Assembly: GCF_963921235.1 (NCBI RefSeq) | Contig: NC_086097.1 | Coordinates: 236,966,001 to 237,030,000, forward strand | DNA from: Mobula hypostoma | Taxonomy: Eukaryota | Direction: 5' to 3' | Length of the DNA: 64,000 nt | Part shown: positions 39,993-54,289 of the stretch, piece after piece | How positions within the stretch are numbered: position 1 is the first letter of the stretch | Layout of the letters: each line of letters starts with the position of its first letter | Position numbers and translations under genes: made by a program | Notes under the pieces: model-generated | What the model was told of the DNA's origin: nothing | The model's input: only the letters and a program-made list of their open reading frames with translations | The model's database searches: none

Positions 39993-41857
39993 TGTTTGGG
40001 GCCCAGAATAGTAGTGATGGAGGAGGTGCAGGGGCATGTGTAGCACTTGTTCCACTTGCAAGGATAAGTGCCAGGATGGAGATCAGTGTGGGAAACATCA
40101 ATACAGACCCTGTTAATTCTACTAGTGGAGAAAAAAAAGACATGAAAAAAAATTACATTTGTAGAATGACAAGCACAGTGAATAATGAAATGATGACAGC
40201 AGAACCCTTAATTTAAGACTTTCGCAGATGGCAAATAGTGCTCCAGAATTTACAAAGAGGACTGCTGGATTGCTCAGATTTGATAATGTATCAACAACTG
40301 ATGATGGGGTAGATATGCGACTCTGCCAGAGGTGGTGTAAGGCACTCCTTCCCTCCGCTAACCTGCAGGATATCCTTAGGTAAGATGTAGCACCTGCTTA
40401 GCTCCCCCTTTCCCCCCACCCTGATCCGGGTCATGTGAAAGTATGGCAGCAGGTGGTAGAGGGTCATTTGAGCAGCTGGTGAATATCACCGGCCCTGGTA
40501 ATGAGATCACTGACGCCAGATAGACTATCTTTAATAATACCTGGGAACACTGCCCAGAAGTAGGCAATGAAAAACCACTTCTGTAGAAAAATTTGCTGAG
40601 AACAATCATGGTCTTACCCATGTCGAATGACACAGCACATAATGATGATGAACAAAATGTTCTGCATTTGTGATCTAAAGTCTTGAAACATGATACAGCT
40701 TTCTGAAAATATTGCCATTTTAATGTGCAATTCTCTTCCACAAGTGACATGCCTATTTTCTAAATGCAAATATTCAACAATTCAAAATGAAAATGTAGGT
40801 CGACTTGTATTTTAAATGCCCTTCTACAAAGATCTTCCAAAGGTCCAGCTTGACCGTCAAGAACTCTTGCAAGCTATAATTTTTGTAGTGTAAAATTGAT
40901 AAGGGACACAGCTTCTTGCATTTTGTTGGCCTCACATTATGTCAAAACTTAATGATGGAAAGTGATCAATGATACCCATACCCTATCAGTACCCAGTAGT
41001 GAGAAGCCAAAAAAAGTGCCAAAGCATTCATACGTGGGTAATTGCCTACTCTGCTTTAGTGCTGCAGTCATTATAGGTAAACAGCATCATGCTTATCATA
41101 CAAAACAAATACGACTAACATGATGCAAATTGAAATAAGACAACACTCAGATTGTATGAACGATTGCCCCTGTTTGCAACTATGATTTATGTTCAATAAA
41201 TGTGGATTTCTCATATTCTGGGAAAATAAATGGTGAAATGAAGTGGTTTACATTTACACAGAATGCTGTTTGATAGAAGTTCTTGATTTCTTTCAATTCT
41301 CTTCACAAAATATCCCTAAAAAAGTTGCTGATGCAGATTGCAATTTCCAAATGATTGCTAGTCACAGGCATGCTGTACATTACCCTCCAGTGAAAAGAGC
41401 TCCAAATCACCCAGCACAAATTAGTCTTTATGCAATTGAGAAGATCGTTACCTACAGATTCTAAATCTGGCACTATAATCAAATTGCAGTGTAATGTCAT
41501 AAAATATCACTACCTTTAATGTGGTGGCAGACTGAGAGCTGATCAGTTGAGATATATCCTTCAGCTGCTAGCTCAGCAAAAGCAAGTATTTCGAGTTGGT
41601 TAATTGAATTAAGCTAATTATGTAGGCTATTGTCTCTTTAGGGACTAATGATAAGTATAAAATTATTTTAAGTCTTTTAATGGACACTAAAATATCGTGC
41701 TCGTTCTTTTAGCACTTTGCCTTTTTGCTAACCAACACACAAAATAAGTCTTTTTGACAGATTTCACCTTTATATTTTTCTATCAATTATATTCCAAGAA
41801 GAACAGGTCAGAATAATCAGGGCAACAGTGCAATACAATTTAATTTTTTTTAATATA

Positions 41858-42152
41858 TAGGCATCCGTTAGTCTCGTGAGACCTTGGATTTGCGCCTTGG
41901 AAGGTTTCCGGGATGCAAGGTTGTACGGAAGACCGGCAGTTGCCCATGCTGCAAGTCTTCCCTCTCCACACCACCGATGTTGTCCAAGGGAAGGGCACTC
42001 GGGCCGATACAGCTTGGCACCAGTGTCGTCGCAGAGCAATGTGTGGTTAAGTGCCTTGCTCAAGAACACAACACGCTGCCTCAGCTGAGGCTTGAACTAA
42101 TGACCTTCAGATCACTAGACCGACGCCTTAACCACTTGGCCACACTCCAACA
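41858..42152 (-). mobile_element. tRNA-derived SINE with CORE-like block; copies at about 46502-46743 (truncated) and 54424-54719
   Basis: A box TGGCCAAGTGG, B box GTTCAAGCC, then gtgttcttgagcaaggcacttaacc; high mutual similarity among copies. Confidence 0.85.
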
Positions 42153-43269
42153 AATAATATAACATAACATAGAACTTTCAGCAGTACAGTACAGCACAGG
42201 CTCTCAAGCCCAGGATGTGCAGATCCTTTATCTTACTCCAAGATTATCTAATCCTTCAAAGTTCAAAGAAAATTTATTATCAATGTAAATACATATCATC
42301 ATAAACAACCCTGAGATTCATTTTCTTGTGGACGTTCGTAGTAAATACAAGAAACACAGCAGAATCAATGAAAGACCATACCCAACAGAATGGACAGACA
42401 ACTAATGTGCATAAGACAACAAATAGTTCAAAAACAAAAAGAAAGAAAAAAATAAATAGTAGTGATAATAATAAAATAATAAATAAGCAATAAATATTGA
42501 GAACATGAGATGATGAGTCGTTTATATGAGTCCATAGGTTGTGGGAACATTTCAGTGAAGGGGTGAGTGAAACTGAGTGAAGTCCATCCCCTCTCATTCA
42601 AGAGGCTAATGATTGAGGGGTAACGCCTATTCCTGAGCCTGGTGGTGTGGGTCCTGAGGCTCCTGATACCTCCTTCCTGATAGCACAGCAAGAAGAGAGA
42701 ATGGCACTCCTAGAAGCATTTACTACTTTGTGTGTAAACAACAAACTACCTCAAATATTCCCCCCACCCTGGAGAAAAAAAAATCCAGCTATCCACTGGA
42801 TCAATGCCTCCTATCATCTTGTACACCTGAAGTATATCATCTTATCACCTAAAGTATCAAACAACTTTACAATAATTTTAATTTCTCTAGCTGCACTGTT
42901 GCATTATAATTTTTATTTAAAAACAGAACAGATGACCTGAAAAAGATATTTTTGGTTAAACCAAGTACTCTGCTTTAGTTTCAAACATTGACAGTGATAA
43001 TGTTGATCATTAATTTGATCATTATTAAGTTATCCTACAGTAATGAGAGAAGTTTGAAAAATAGGTGAAAATAAATTCAGAAAATGGAGGAGATATTGAG
43101 CAGATGAGGAAGCCCGAAAATTTAATCCTGCTTTTTTCCTTACTATAGAGGCTGCTAAACTTGCTCAATATCTCCAATACATTCTGATTTTGTTTCAGAT
43201 CGCCAGTATCTTCAGTTCTATTGGAATGCTTTATAATAAAAAAATATTTCTTTGTGTGAAATTTGAGCT

Positions 43270-43670
43270 GAGAACTGATTCCACTGAGGTTTTATACGGT
43301 ATTGGTCAGAGCGCACTTGGAGTATTGTAAGCTATTTTGGTCCACTTATCTAAAAAAAATTGTGCTGGCTTTTGAGAGGGTCCAGAAGAGGTTCAAAAAA
43401 ATTATTCCACAATGAAAAGGTTAATGTATGAGGAGTATTTGATGGCTCTTTGCCTGTGCTCACTGGAGTTCTGAACAATGAGGGAGATCTCATTGAAAAC
43501 TATTGAATATTGAAAGGACTAGAAAGAGTGGATGTGGAGAGGATGTTTCCTATACGGGGGAGTCTTGGATCAGAATGCAAGTAATAATAAATCAGCCATG
43601 ATGAAATAGTGGAGCAGACTCGATGGACCAAATAGCCTAATTTGGCTCCCACATTTTATGGCCTTATTGT
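43270..43670 (+). mobile_element. CR1 3' fragment; other decayed CR1 pieces (-) at about 44900-45790, 46170-46890, 48560-50370, 59325-59790
   Basis: LVRAHLEYC...ERVQKRF...EF.TMRGDLIE remnants and CR1 3'UTR. Confidence 0.8.
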
Positions 43671-44459
43671 CTTGTAGTTTGATTGCCAATCCTGCCTGAT
43701 ATCATCAGTGATTTATGACTTACCTACCCCCTTGGGCATTGTTAACACAGGGTGTATTAATTAAGGCATCAAGAGAAGGTAATTTAAATTAGATCAGAAA
43801 CTTCACAGCAAAGAACTGAAATGTATATTTCCACTTGATGTCAACCCTTGTGAAGAGGGTGAGGCACAGATGTTGAAGATTAGCTCAAAAAAATCCTACT
43901 GCGAAATATTTTGAATTTAGAAAATGAGACAGTAAAATGTGAAAATAGTTGTGGGGACTGAATACTTTTTCAAGGCACTGTATCACACAGACCACAAATA
44001 AGATAATAAAATATAATTCCTAATGCATGTAGTACACAGCACAGGTAAACAGTAAGCAGTAAACATGACAGTAAATAGTAAACAGCTGGTGATGAGACCT
44101 TGGTGGTGGCAGGGTATTCATTAGTGTCACTGCCTGGGGGAAGAAGCTGTTACCCAGTCGAGCAGTCCTGGTCCTAATGCTCATGTACCTCCTTCCTGAT
44201 GGTAGTGGCTCAAAGAGATCTGTATTTGTCAAAGTTCAATTAAGTCTTCATTGGCCACTTAAATTTCTGAACTCATTGCACACTCAACAAACAAAATATC
44301 TGTGATAAGTAATAATGATGTGGAGATGGTTATCATAGCAATGTTTAGCAACAAAAATGAGAATAAAGTCTTCAAAAATGGAGATACCATCCTTTAATTG
44401 TATTTACCTTTGTAATAAATTTAATGGGAAATGGATTTTTATTTCAATATGTTACTCAC

Positions 44460-44533
44460 CATATAACCAAATGTATTATTCTGTGTTCCATGTAGTGGTG
44501 TTCCCGGGTTTTCACATGTTGTATGTGATGGCT
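44460..44533 (-). CDS. CSMD3: CSMD3 exon, first half of a split Sushi domain: (E)PSHTTCENPGTPLHGTQNNTFGYM
   Basis: Not in the ORF track; read manually. tttttcattcag acceptor, ATG|gtgagt donor; 74 nt, phase 1-0. Confidence 0.92.
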
Positions 44534-47449
44534 CTGAATGAAAAAGATTTATTTAATATTTGTATTGTCATCACATGCAACTCATACAGTACTTTATACT
44601 TTATACTTTATTGTCGCCAAACAATTGGTACTAGAACGTACAATCATCACAGCAATATTTGATTCTGTGTTTCCCACTCCCTGGATTACAAGTATTAAAC
44701 ATTAAAAATATTAAAAATTTAAATTATAAATCATAAATAGAAAATAGAAAAATGGAAAGTAAGGTAGTGCAAAAAAACTGAGAGGCAGGTCCGGATATTT
44801 GGAGGGTACGGCCCAGATCCGGGTCAGGACCCGTTTTTTAAGTACAAATAAGGAAGTAAAGAGTCAATGCTTGTTGCAAGACAACAGTTTAAATATTTAT
44901 ACATGGAGTCATAAAGTCATAGAACAGGGAAAGAGTCCCTTCAGCCCAACTCAACTATGCTAGCCATGTTCGCCAAGCTGGTCCCATATCTTTCTAAACT
45001 CCTTCTATCAAGTACTTGTCCAAAGGTCTTCTCAATGTCATCTTTAAAATTTATTGAGCTACAGCGTGGAAAAGGACCTTCCCGCCTTACAAGCCCGCGC
45101 TGCACAGCAATGCCCCGATTTAATCCTAGCCTAAGCATGGGACAATCTGCAATGACCAATTAACTTACTAGTAGGTACGTCTTTGGATTGTGGGAGGAAA
45201 CCCATGTGGTCGTGGAGACAATGTACAGACTCCTTACAGTCAGTGGCAGGAATTAAACCCAGGTTGCTGGTACTGTAAAGCACTGTGCTGCCCCTTTATT
45301 GTCTGTACCTCAAGCACACTCTCTGCCAGCTCATTTCATATTTCATGTGTATGAAGAAGTTGATTCTCAGTTCTCTTTTAAATCTTTCACTTCTCGCCTT
45401 AAGCTTATGCATAGTTTTTGATACCTTTCCCTGGGAAAAAGAACTCACTGAATCTATACTCCTCATATTTTATATTTCACTCCTCGATATCCTACATTCC
45501 ACGGAAGGCAGTCCTAGCCTGCCCAACCTTTCCCTATAACTCAAGCTCTCAAGCCCTGGCAGCATCCTTGTAACTCTTCTATGCATTCCTTCCACCCTAA
45601 TGATGTCTTTCCTGGAATGGGGGTGTCCAAGACTGTGCATAATACACCAAGTGCAGACTTACCAATGTCTTGTGCAACTGCATCCTAATGTGCCAGCTCC
45701 TAAACTCGATGCCCTGACTGATGAATACTAGCATGCCAATTACTTTCTTCACCACCCTGTCTATCTCTATTACCAACACACTCAAAGACCTAGAGAAAAC
45801 AGCATGTCCTGATTTTAATTTTCAAAAATTAACGTCAGCTGTAAATTTATTCGCCACTGCAAACCTACTCATTTTACTTTATCTTCTGCACTGTATCCCC
45901 CTTCCAATTTGGCGACTCGTGAGAAGCACAACATCTCGGAGCTGGTCATGTCCCAGAGCTGAGAACTCAAGTATGACCTACCATTGGTTCACAGTATAAT
46001 GGGAAAAGATATCTGTTCCCTTTATGACTAATTTTGGTCTTAATGAGAACAGATATCTTTATCCATCTTTGCTCAATTACAAAGGCAGCCCACATCAGAG
46101 TTCGGGCCAAAAGCTGGCTGTAATTACATGTGATATGAGGTACAGGCATTTCATGGCTCCCTTCGTTTCATAGAGTACTACAGTACAGAATTGGTACTTC
46201 AGCCCATTTAATCCTTACTGATCTGGTCTTCTGCCAAGTCCCACCCATCTGCACCAGGACCATATCCCTCTAAACTTCTCACATCCATATACCGATTCAA
46301 ACTTCTTCTAAATGCTGCATTTGAACCCACACCTTCCACTTCTGCTGTCTGCCTGCTCCACACTGAAACCACCTTCAAAGTGAAGACATTTCCCCTCAGA
46401 TTCCCCTCAAATATTTCATCTTTCACCCTAAACCTATGACCTCTAGTTCTAGCCTCACCTAACCTGGGGGAAAAGGCTTGAATGCTTTCGCACTATCTAT
46501 GTTAGGCATCTGTTAGTCTTGCGAGACCATGGATCTGCGCCTGGAAAGTCTTCACTCTTCAGGGCGCAGGCCTGGGCAAGGTTGTATGGAAGACCAGCAG
46601 TTGCCTATGCTGCAAGTCTCCCCTCTCCACGACACCAATGTTGTCCAAGGGAAGGGAATTAGGACCCATACAGCTTGGGTGTCGTCACAGAGCAATGTGT
46701 GATTAAGTGCCTTGCTCAAGGACACAACACATGTTGCCTCAGCTATAACCCTCATCATTTTGCATATATCTAAAAGATCTCCCCTCATTCTCCTGCACTC
46801 CAAGGAATAAAAATTCTAACCTATTCAACCTTTCTCTTTGACTCAGGTGCTCAAGTCCCAGCAATTCTTGTAAGTTTTCTCTGCACTCTTTCAAGCTCAT
46901 TCTGGGCACCTGTAGGTTGGTAACCAGAACTGCTTCTTTGACAATAACATGCAAGGTACCGAGAGTAAGCTCAGAGTGAAGAATACAAAAAACACTTATG
47001 GTTCCAAAGGAATTTAAAGATATATGAATGGGACAGGTCAGCTCTATCCATCATTTATATATTTTTCAGAAAGACTGTAACAGGGCTGAAGGTCCCAGTC
47101 AATATATGGCAGTAATCCGTGCAGGGAATTCAATGCAACACCAAAATAATCTTTGTGATGGTCTGAACTTGTGCACAGATTGGGTACAGACTATCTTAGA
47201 TCCAAATATGCTAGTGCTAAATCTGCTCCATGCTCAAAGAACATACCCAGTTTAACTTAACAGGGTCGATTTAATCAAGGTGTAGATCAACGTCACATCT
47301 CGATATATTTTAACGACTAAACATAATTGACCGAAATGTTATTTAAAATTGAAATGCATCTTTTATAGAATTATAATGAATTAATCAAATTAATCAGAGC
47401 AGGTTCCATTAAGCTACATAGTGTGGTGAGTACGCTATCTTTTCAGTAC

Positions 47450-47623
47450 CTATACAGCGAGGCTGTGATCCACTCCAAGTCCCGTCAGCCTGGCAAATCC
47501 TAGTGCTTGAACCCACTAAGATCAAAGGAGAGCTGCAGCTGAATGAAACCTCCGATTGGTAGATGAAGCTCTTCCCCTCTCTCCTCCCTCGCGCCGGCAC
47601 CCCAGGGTCTCCACAAAATTTTG
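47450..47623 (-). CDS. CSMD3: CSMD3 exon, Sushi domain: (P)KFCGDPGVPARGRREGKSFIYQSEVSFSCSSPLILVGSSTRICQADGTWSGSQPRCI
   Basis: cttcacag acceptor, G|gtact donor; 174 nt, phase 1-1. Confidence 0.95.
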
Positions 47624-50600
47624 CTGTGAAGAGTACAAAAAAAGAGTTGCTTAATTTTAAATCATAGCATTTGTTGGACTGAGTCGTGGAGTGGCATGGT
47701 GACAGGCGCTTCAGGTGCCAGGTCTGCTGCCCAGTGAGCTAGTCCCATCCGCCCCCTTCTCAAGGGTCAAGGATCAGGATTTACTTTATTCACCAAATTC
47801 TCTTACATGTATTAGCAACTTGCTGTGGTGTTCTGGCATGACAAGCAACAAAAAACAACGACATTCGACAATTGTAAAGAATAAAAAAATGTACAAAAAT
47901 AAAGTTAGAGATTAAAGAATGGATATGGGCTAAAATGTGCATAAATAAACAAAAAACAGCTTGTACTTGTAATGTAAGCAGCATTATAAAAAGTGGTTTA
48001 CAGTGTGTACAGTGTAGTGAAATGTTGGGGATAACAGAATGAGGGATGTGGGGAGGGCTGACTAGAATGGTTGATCATATTAACTGTCTGGGGGAAGGAA
48101 CTTTTGAGATGGTGTGAAGATTTTGTTTTAATAGCCCTATAGCACTTTCCAGAAGGCAGTTTGCAGGATGGGTAATGTCCATAGTGATTTTTCCTGCTGT
48201 CTTTATCCTGGACCATACAGAGTGCAGCCTTTTCTGTTGACCTGCATTTGACCCGTAAATCTTTCCTATCCATGTACTGATCTGAGTGGCTTTAAAGGTT
48301 GCCAAGGTGCCTGCCTCAACCATTATTTAGACTATAAATAATGCTGATGCTCTTTTTCTGGTGGGGGAGGGGAGTTGTTGCCTTACTGCTTGTTGTGTGT
48401 GGGAGGGGGAGCTGGTGGGGGGCTTTGGGGTTCTAACGTTTTAACTGCCATTCATTCTTTGGGGCACGCCTCATTCATGGATGTCTGCGAAGAAAAAGAA
48501 TTTCAGGATGTACTTTGTATATTGTATACATATCTCTGACATCAAATGCACCTATTGAAGACAATAAGACATACAGTAGGAGCAGAATTGGGCCATTCAG
48601 CCCATCAAATCTACTCTGCTGTTCCATCATAGCTGACTTATTATCCCTCTCAATCCCGTTTATTGCCTTTTCTCCGTAACCTTTGACACTCTTACTAATC
48701 AAGAAGGTATCAGCCTCCACTTTAAATATACCATGACATGGTCTGTATAGCTACCCGTGGCAATGACTTCCACATTCACCACCCTCTAACTAAAGAAACT
48801 CCTCCTTATCTCTGTTCTAAATAAATATCCTTCTATTCTGAGGTGGTGCCATCAGGTCCCAGACTTCCCCACTACAGGAAATATTCTCTCCAGGTGTGCT
48901 CTATCTAGGTCTTTCAATGTTTGCCAGATTTCATTGAGGTCCTTGCCCCATTCTTCTAAATTGCACAAGTCCAGGCCCAGAGCCATCACATGCTCCTCAT
49001 ATGGAACGTTAATCTTTTCATTCCTGGGAGTTTTCTCATTATGATCCTCCTCTGGATTCTCTCCAATGCCAGCAAATCGTTTCTCAGATTAAATGCCAAA
49101 AACTGCTCACAATACTCCAAGTGCGGTCTGACCAATATTTTATAAAGCCTGGCTGCTCATTCCAAATATACCTAATCATTTGCGAGAAGAAACTTCCCCT
49201 GATATTCTTTTTTAAATTTCTTCCCTTTAATCCGAAGTGTTTGCCCTGGTTTTTAGTTTCTACTCTCTGGGAAAAAGACGATGTACTTTCACCGTATCTA
49301 TGTTCCTCATGGTTTTACGGTATATACCTCTGTCAGTTCACTGCTGCATCTCCTACATTTTAGAGAATAAACTCCTAGTCTATCCAACCTCTCCTTGTAA
49401 CAGCCCAAATCCATGCATCCCCCTGCTAAATCTTTCCTCCACTTTTTCCAGTTTAATACCACCTTTCACGTAATATGGAGAACAAAGTTTGCACAATATT
49501 CATAGAACATAGAATAATACAGCACAGTACAGGCCCTTCAGCCCACAATGTTGTGCCGACCCTTAAACACTGTCTCCCATATAACCCCGCCACACCTTAA
49601 ATTCCTCCATATACCTGTCTAGCGGCCTCTTAAATTTCACTAGTGTATTTGCCTCCACCCCTGACTCAGGCAGTGCATTCCACGCACCAAGTGCAGCATC
49701 TTTTGTAACAATATCATAGCTTCCTAATTTTTGCACTAATGCACTGACTGATGAAGGCCCATTTGCCAAATAATCTTCTTCACCACCCTGCCTACCTATG
49801 ATGCCACTTTCAGTGAACTACACACTTGCTCTCCTGGATCACTCTGTTTCATAACACTTCCCAGGGCCCGATCATTCACTGAATAAATCCTACCCTGATT
49901 TGATCTCCCAAAATGTCCTACCTCACATTTATCTGGATTGAACGTCATCTGCTGATCCTGGGCCTGCACAGTACCTTATTGATCTAGATTCCTATGCAAT
50001 TTTTCTTAACTTTCTCCACCAACTAAAATGCTAGATATTTAAGTATCACCAACATACGTACTAACCATGCCCCGTACATTCACAAAACAAACAAAAGAAA
50101 AACGTTCCAAAACTTACCCATGTGGTAATCCATTAGACCAAGGTTTCCAGCCTGAAAAACAACCTTCAACCATCGTCCACTGCATCCTTCCACTGAGCCA
50201 ATTGTGAATCCAATCCACTATCTCCCTCGGCTCCCATACAAACTAACTTTGCAGACTCACCTGCTTTGAGGGACTTTGTCAAAAGCATTGCCTATGTCCT
50301 TGTAGACAACACTATTGCCCTACCATTATCTCCTTGAAGAAATCAAACAGATTTGTAAAATATAACTTCCCAGGCAATGTAATTTTATACAGATAAACAT
50401 ATATGGATATAATTTTATTAGAGCCTACTGGTGAAATGGACATTATCCATTAAACTTCTGAGTTTGATCCAAACTCAAATAGAGTCAAGGTGCTAAAGCT
50501 ACTGAAATTGATTTGGATTCATTGTGCGTACATGGTTTTCCATTCATCAATAGATTGATTAGAATCTGAATCAGTAACTCCTTTTAATAGAGTTACACTC

Positions 50601-51313
50601 AATCTGCTCATTCATCATTACCTAAATCCAGATTACTGGAAGCGCTGGATAATCAAAGATTTACTCTGCTGGAACTTATTTATTTAACGATACAGCGCAG
50701 AATAGGCCCTTCCAGCCCTTTGAGCCACGCTGCCCCAAGAAAGCCGATTATTCCGAACCTAATCACGGGACAATTCATAATGACCAATTAACCTACTTGA
50801 CCCGGAGCATCCAGGGAAAAACTAATGCATTCCTCACGGAGGATGTATAAACTCCTTACAGATGGTGCCGGAATTGGACTTCGAAACACCCTGAACTCTA
50901 ATAGTGTTGTGCTAATCCTAGACTACCGTGGCACCCACTGATTGCTTTGGCACCTTCAGCTTCAACCCCAACAAAAATCTTCTGTCTTTTACAGTTTACA
51001 CTGCAACAACACTTATAATTGCCATCCTGCTCCACCAGCTCTCCTGGGCTTGTAATAGCAGAAAATGTTCTTCCTGTTAAGCACTGGATTGGCAATCATG
51101 CATTAGTTCTGTGTGAGCCTCATGATTCGTGCATTGTACTTCTTGACATGTTGCTTCCACTCAAAAGCATTATGCCTGACTTTTATGTAAGTTACATCTT
51201 GAAACAATGTTATTTATCTATTATTAAATAAGTCTACTTGGTATTTTCACCAGCACAATTTCGGGACCAGTTAAAGAAAAGTCAATTATATATAAATAGT
51301 CAATTATATATAA

Positions 51314-51318
<5 letters not shown>

Positions 51319-51344
<26 letters not shown>

Positions 51345-51352
51345 GCGCACAC
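51319..51352. repeat. (CA)n microsatellite preceded by a tandem duplication of agtcaattatatataaat
   Basis: Direct reading. Confidence 0.9.
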
Positions 51353-51987
51353 AATGATGCATTCCAACACGAGCATTCACTCGGGTCTGAGTATCTCCAC
51401 AAACCTGGGATATGGATTAAAGAAAACTGGTACTGCATGATTCTTATAAGACCATAAGAAATGGGAGCATAATTAGTTATTCAGCCCATTGATTATGCTA
51501 CACCTTTTCATTATGACTGATTTATTTTACCTCTTATTACAAATAATGCAAGCTGGTATCGTTAAAAATTAATGTTGTCAGTACAATGACAATATATTTT
51601 GCTGTGCCTAAATAGACTATTCACGTTGCTCATATATTGAAGAAAAATATCTTTATAAATTACCTTAGAAAATAGGTAATTTTTTTAGGTAAATTGGGGG
51701 AGGGGAGGGGGAAGGTTGATGCTTTGCTGCTGTTTGTGTGTAGGAGGGGGTGGGGGCACTTTGGGGTCCTAATATTTTTTGCTCAATCATACTTTGGTGT
51801 TTTCTTCTGTTTCGTGGATGTCTGTGAAGAGTAAGAATTTCAGGTTGTATTCTGTATACATTCTCTGATATTAAATGGAACCTTTGAACCATTGAAAATG
51901 TTTGTACTCAGAATGGAGTATATTTATCTGAGCCCCATAACCGTATTTTGACTAAGCCCTTTAATAAAGTTCGATGTCATAAAATCA

Positions 51988-52560
51988 GAGGTCTCTGTTG
52001 GTCCGGGCCGACCACAGTTGCTGGGTCGTAGCTATCTACTGTAGATACGCAAGGGCAGTACAATATGGAGCAAGCATAACCTCTCCATGCAGCTGATAAA
52101 CCTGAAGGAATTGCCGAGACCAGTGCAGTTTGGCATCAGAAGTGTTGCAGGAGTTGCCAGACAGCATTGAACTGAAAGTAGGAATGTCTTAGGAACTCCA
52201 GCTCCTGATTTTTCCCTCAGGGTTTACTCCCAAAGCTTTCCCCATGAGTGGGTGTAGCTGCAACTGCAAGGAAGCGGAGGTTTGAGATAAGAGCCTTCCT
52301 TCTTTTAGACGAACTGCCAACCATGGCCGACAAGCCCCATCTGCCCAAAGCGACTGGTTTTAAGGCGCCAGTAATCTGCCTTTGTCCCTTCTCCTGTCAC
52401 TCAAAGTGGTTATGCGGGATTAGTAGCTAAGCCGTATCTAAAGGCCATGAGCTGGACTTAGTTGTCAGAGGCTCCTTACGTCGTACACCATTGGGAGCAT
52501 TTGATAGGTAGTTGGAGCTTATCTGTATTACCACCCCCGGCTATAACAACCTTAAGGATG
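51988..52560 (-). mobile_element. Non-autonomous retroelement sharing its 3' portion with the tRNA-SINE at 41858
   Basis: cagtttggcatcagaagtgttgcagga vs cagcttggcaccagtgtcgtcgcaga; LINE-like 5'UTR upstream. Confidence 0.5.
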
Positions 52561-53187
52561 CCATAAAAGATTTCACTGACTATTTCATTTTACATGGAGA
52601 AGGACACAAAGTTGATGTTTCAGGTAAATCACCCTTCATTAGAAATAGGAAAATGAGAAATTAAGTTTTAACAGGGGTGGGGATGAGAAAAGAGATAATG
52701 TCTGTGACAAGGTGGAAACCAGATGACATAATTTTTTTTAATGCTATCTAATTAATGACGACTGAAGTGAGTTAGAGAATCAAGCGTAGATATTTGAACT
52801 ATGAAACGCAGAACACAGCAGTTGCTGGAAATTCTGTCTGTCATAACTGTTGACTTTCTTTTTCTTTGGCCTCCCTTTCACTTTAGCTGACAAGGCTCTT
52901 CCCTGTGTCACCTCTATTGCCCATACTTCTGGTCTCTTCTGCTAGGATACCATTCTCTCTGGCCTCATCTTACAGCCCAGCAGATTCCACATTTAACACA
53001 TCATCCTCCATAATGTCTGCTACCTTCCAGGAGGTTCCACCAGTAATAAGGTCCTTTGCTTCCCCTTCGGTCAGCATGACAACTGCACGATTCCTTCCGT
53101 GACTCCATGGTTTATTTTTTATCTTCACCAACCGCTCCCCTTCCTTCTTTCTCAAGTGCTGCGAGGGATGCAAGACCTGTGAGCGGT

Positions 53188-53590
53188 TGCAACCCCTAGT
53201 TGAATATGTGAAGGGGCCGTTCCTCAGGTTCTGGTTGCAGTTCAACCCCACATTCCTCATATATGAGCATCCAGTATGGAGAGAGGGGCAATGGGTTGCT
53301 CAGAGGATCGACTGGTGGGATTGCTCCAGGGCCTGCCCAAGATGGCCACTCTCAGGTCCGGAGGGCAAGGAGCCAAGGGCTCTGCCCAGGCCAACCGCCT
53401 GCTCCTCTTCCAGGGAGAAGTTCATACCCAGGTGTCCCTGGAGAGGGAGCATGTGGTCGCAATGGGTATAGTGGGTATTTCTGGGAATGGTGGGGCCCCC
53501 AGAAACTTGCCTGTTTTATAGACAGTAATAATCATATTTTAATTTGAATTTGTTCACTGTCTTGTAAATATTTGATCTTTGTATTTTGTG
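53188..53590 (+). mobile_element. Tx1/L1-clade LINE 3' fragment
   Basis: FLRFWLQFNPTFLIY...LVGLLQGLPKMA...VSLEREH C-terminal pattern, then an AT-rich UTR with aataaa. Confidence 0.55.
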
Positions 53591-54108
53591 TGAATAAACT
53601 TTTGTAGTTTTGTGGAAAGAGGCACCTCTTATCCTTTTACCAATCAGTTCCCTCTATCCAAGGACTCTACCAATATTTCAAGAAATCACACAACTCATTT
53701 GCACTTTTTATGTAGTGTTTTACAATTGGTGCATCCATCTGCCTGACCTGTACTTCCAGCATTTTCTGCTTTTAGAACATAGAGCAGTACAACACAGTAC
53801 AGGCAGGTACACGGACTTTTTAGATCAATTTAACCCTTCCCTCATCCATAGACCTCATTTTTTTCTTACATTCATGTGCCCATCTAAGAGCATCTTAAAT
53901 ATCCTTAATGTATCTGCCTCTACCACCACCCTGGCAGCATGTTCCACACACATACCACTCTCTGCGTAAATAAAAAATACCTCTGACAAGCCCCCCACCT
54001 TAAAACTTTGTCCTCTTGTATGATGTTTCCAATTTCCAGCATCAGCAGTGTTTTCCTTCAGTCACTTCACGTGATCTTTACCTCCTGATAAACTCATTGC
54101 TTACTTAC

Positions 54109-54282
54109 GCAGACACTGTGGCACGTCTCCCGTCCACGTTCCATTGCCAACACAGTTGAGGATTGCAGGAAAAGACAACTCATATCCTGGAGAACAGCTG
54201 TAGGTGATGCTTGACCCCCAGTCAAAATTTGTTCCTTCCATTTTCCCATTTGAAATCTGTGGTGGAACTGAGCATGTCACAG
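54109..54282 (-). CDS. CSMD3: CSMD3 exon, Sushi domain: (A)[57 protein letters not shown]
   Basis: cattgcag acceptor, C|gtaagt donor; 174 nt; '[26 protein letters not shown]' is typical of CSMD3. Confidence 0.95.
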
Positions 54283-54289
54283 CTGCAAT

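Noticed and set aside
42085..42145. tRNA gene
   Set aside because: The A/B boxes belong to a multi-copy SINE head that runs into a SINE body
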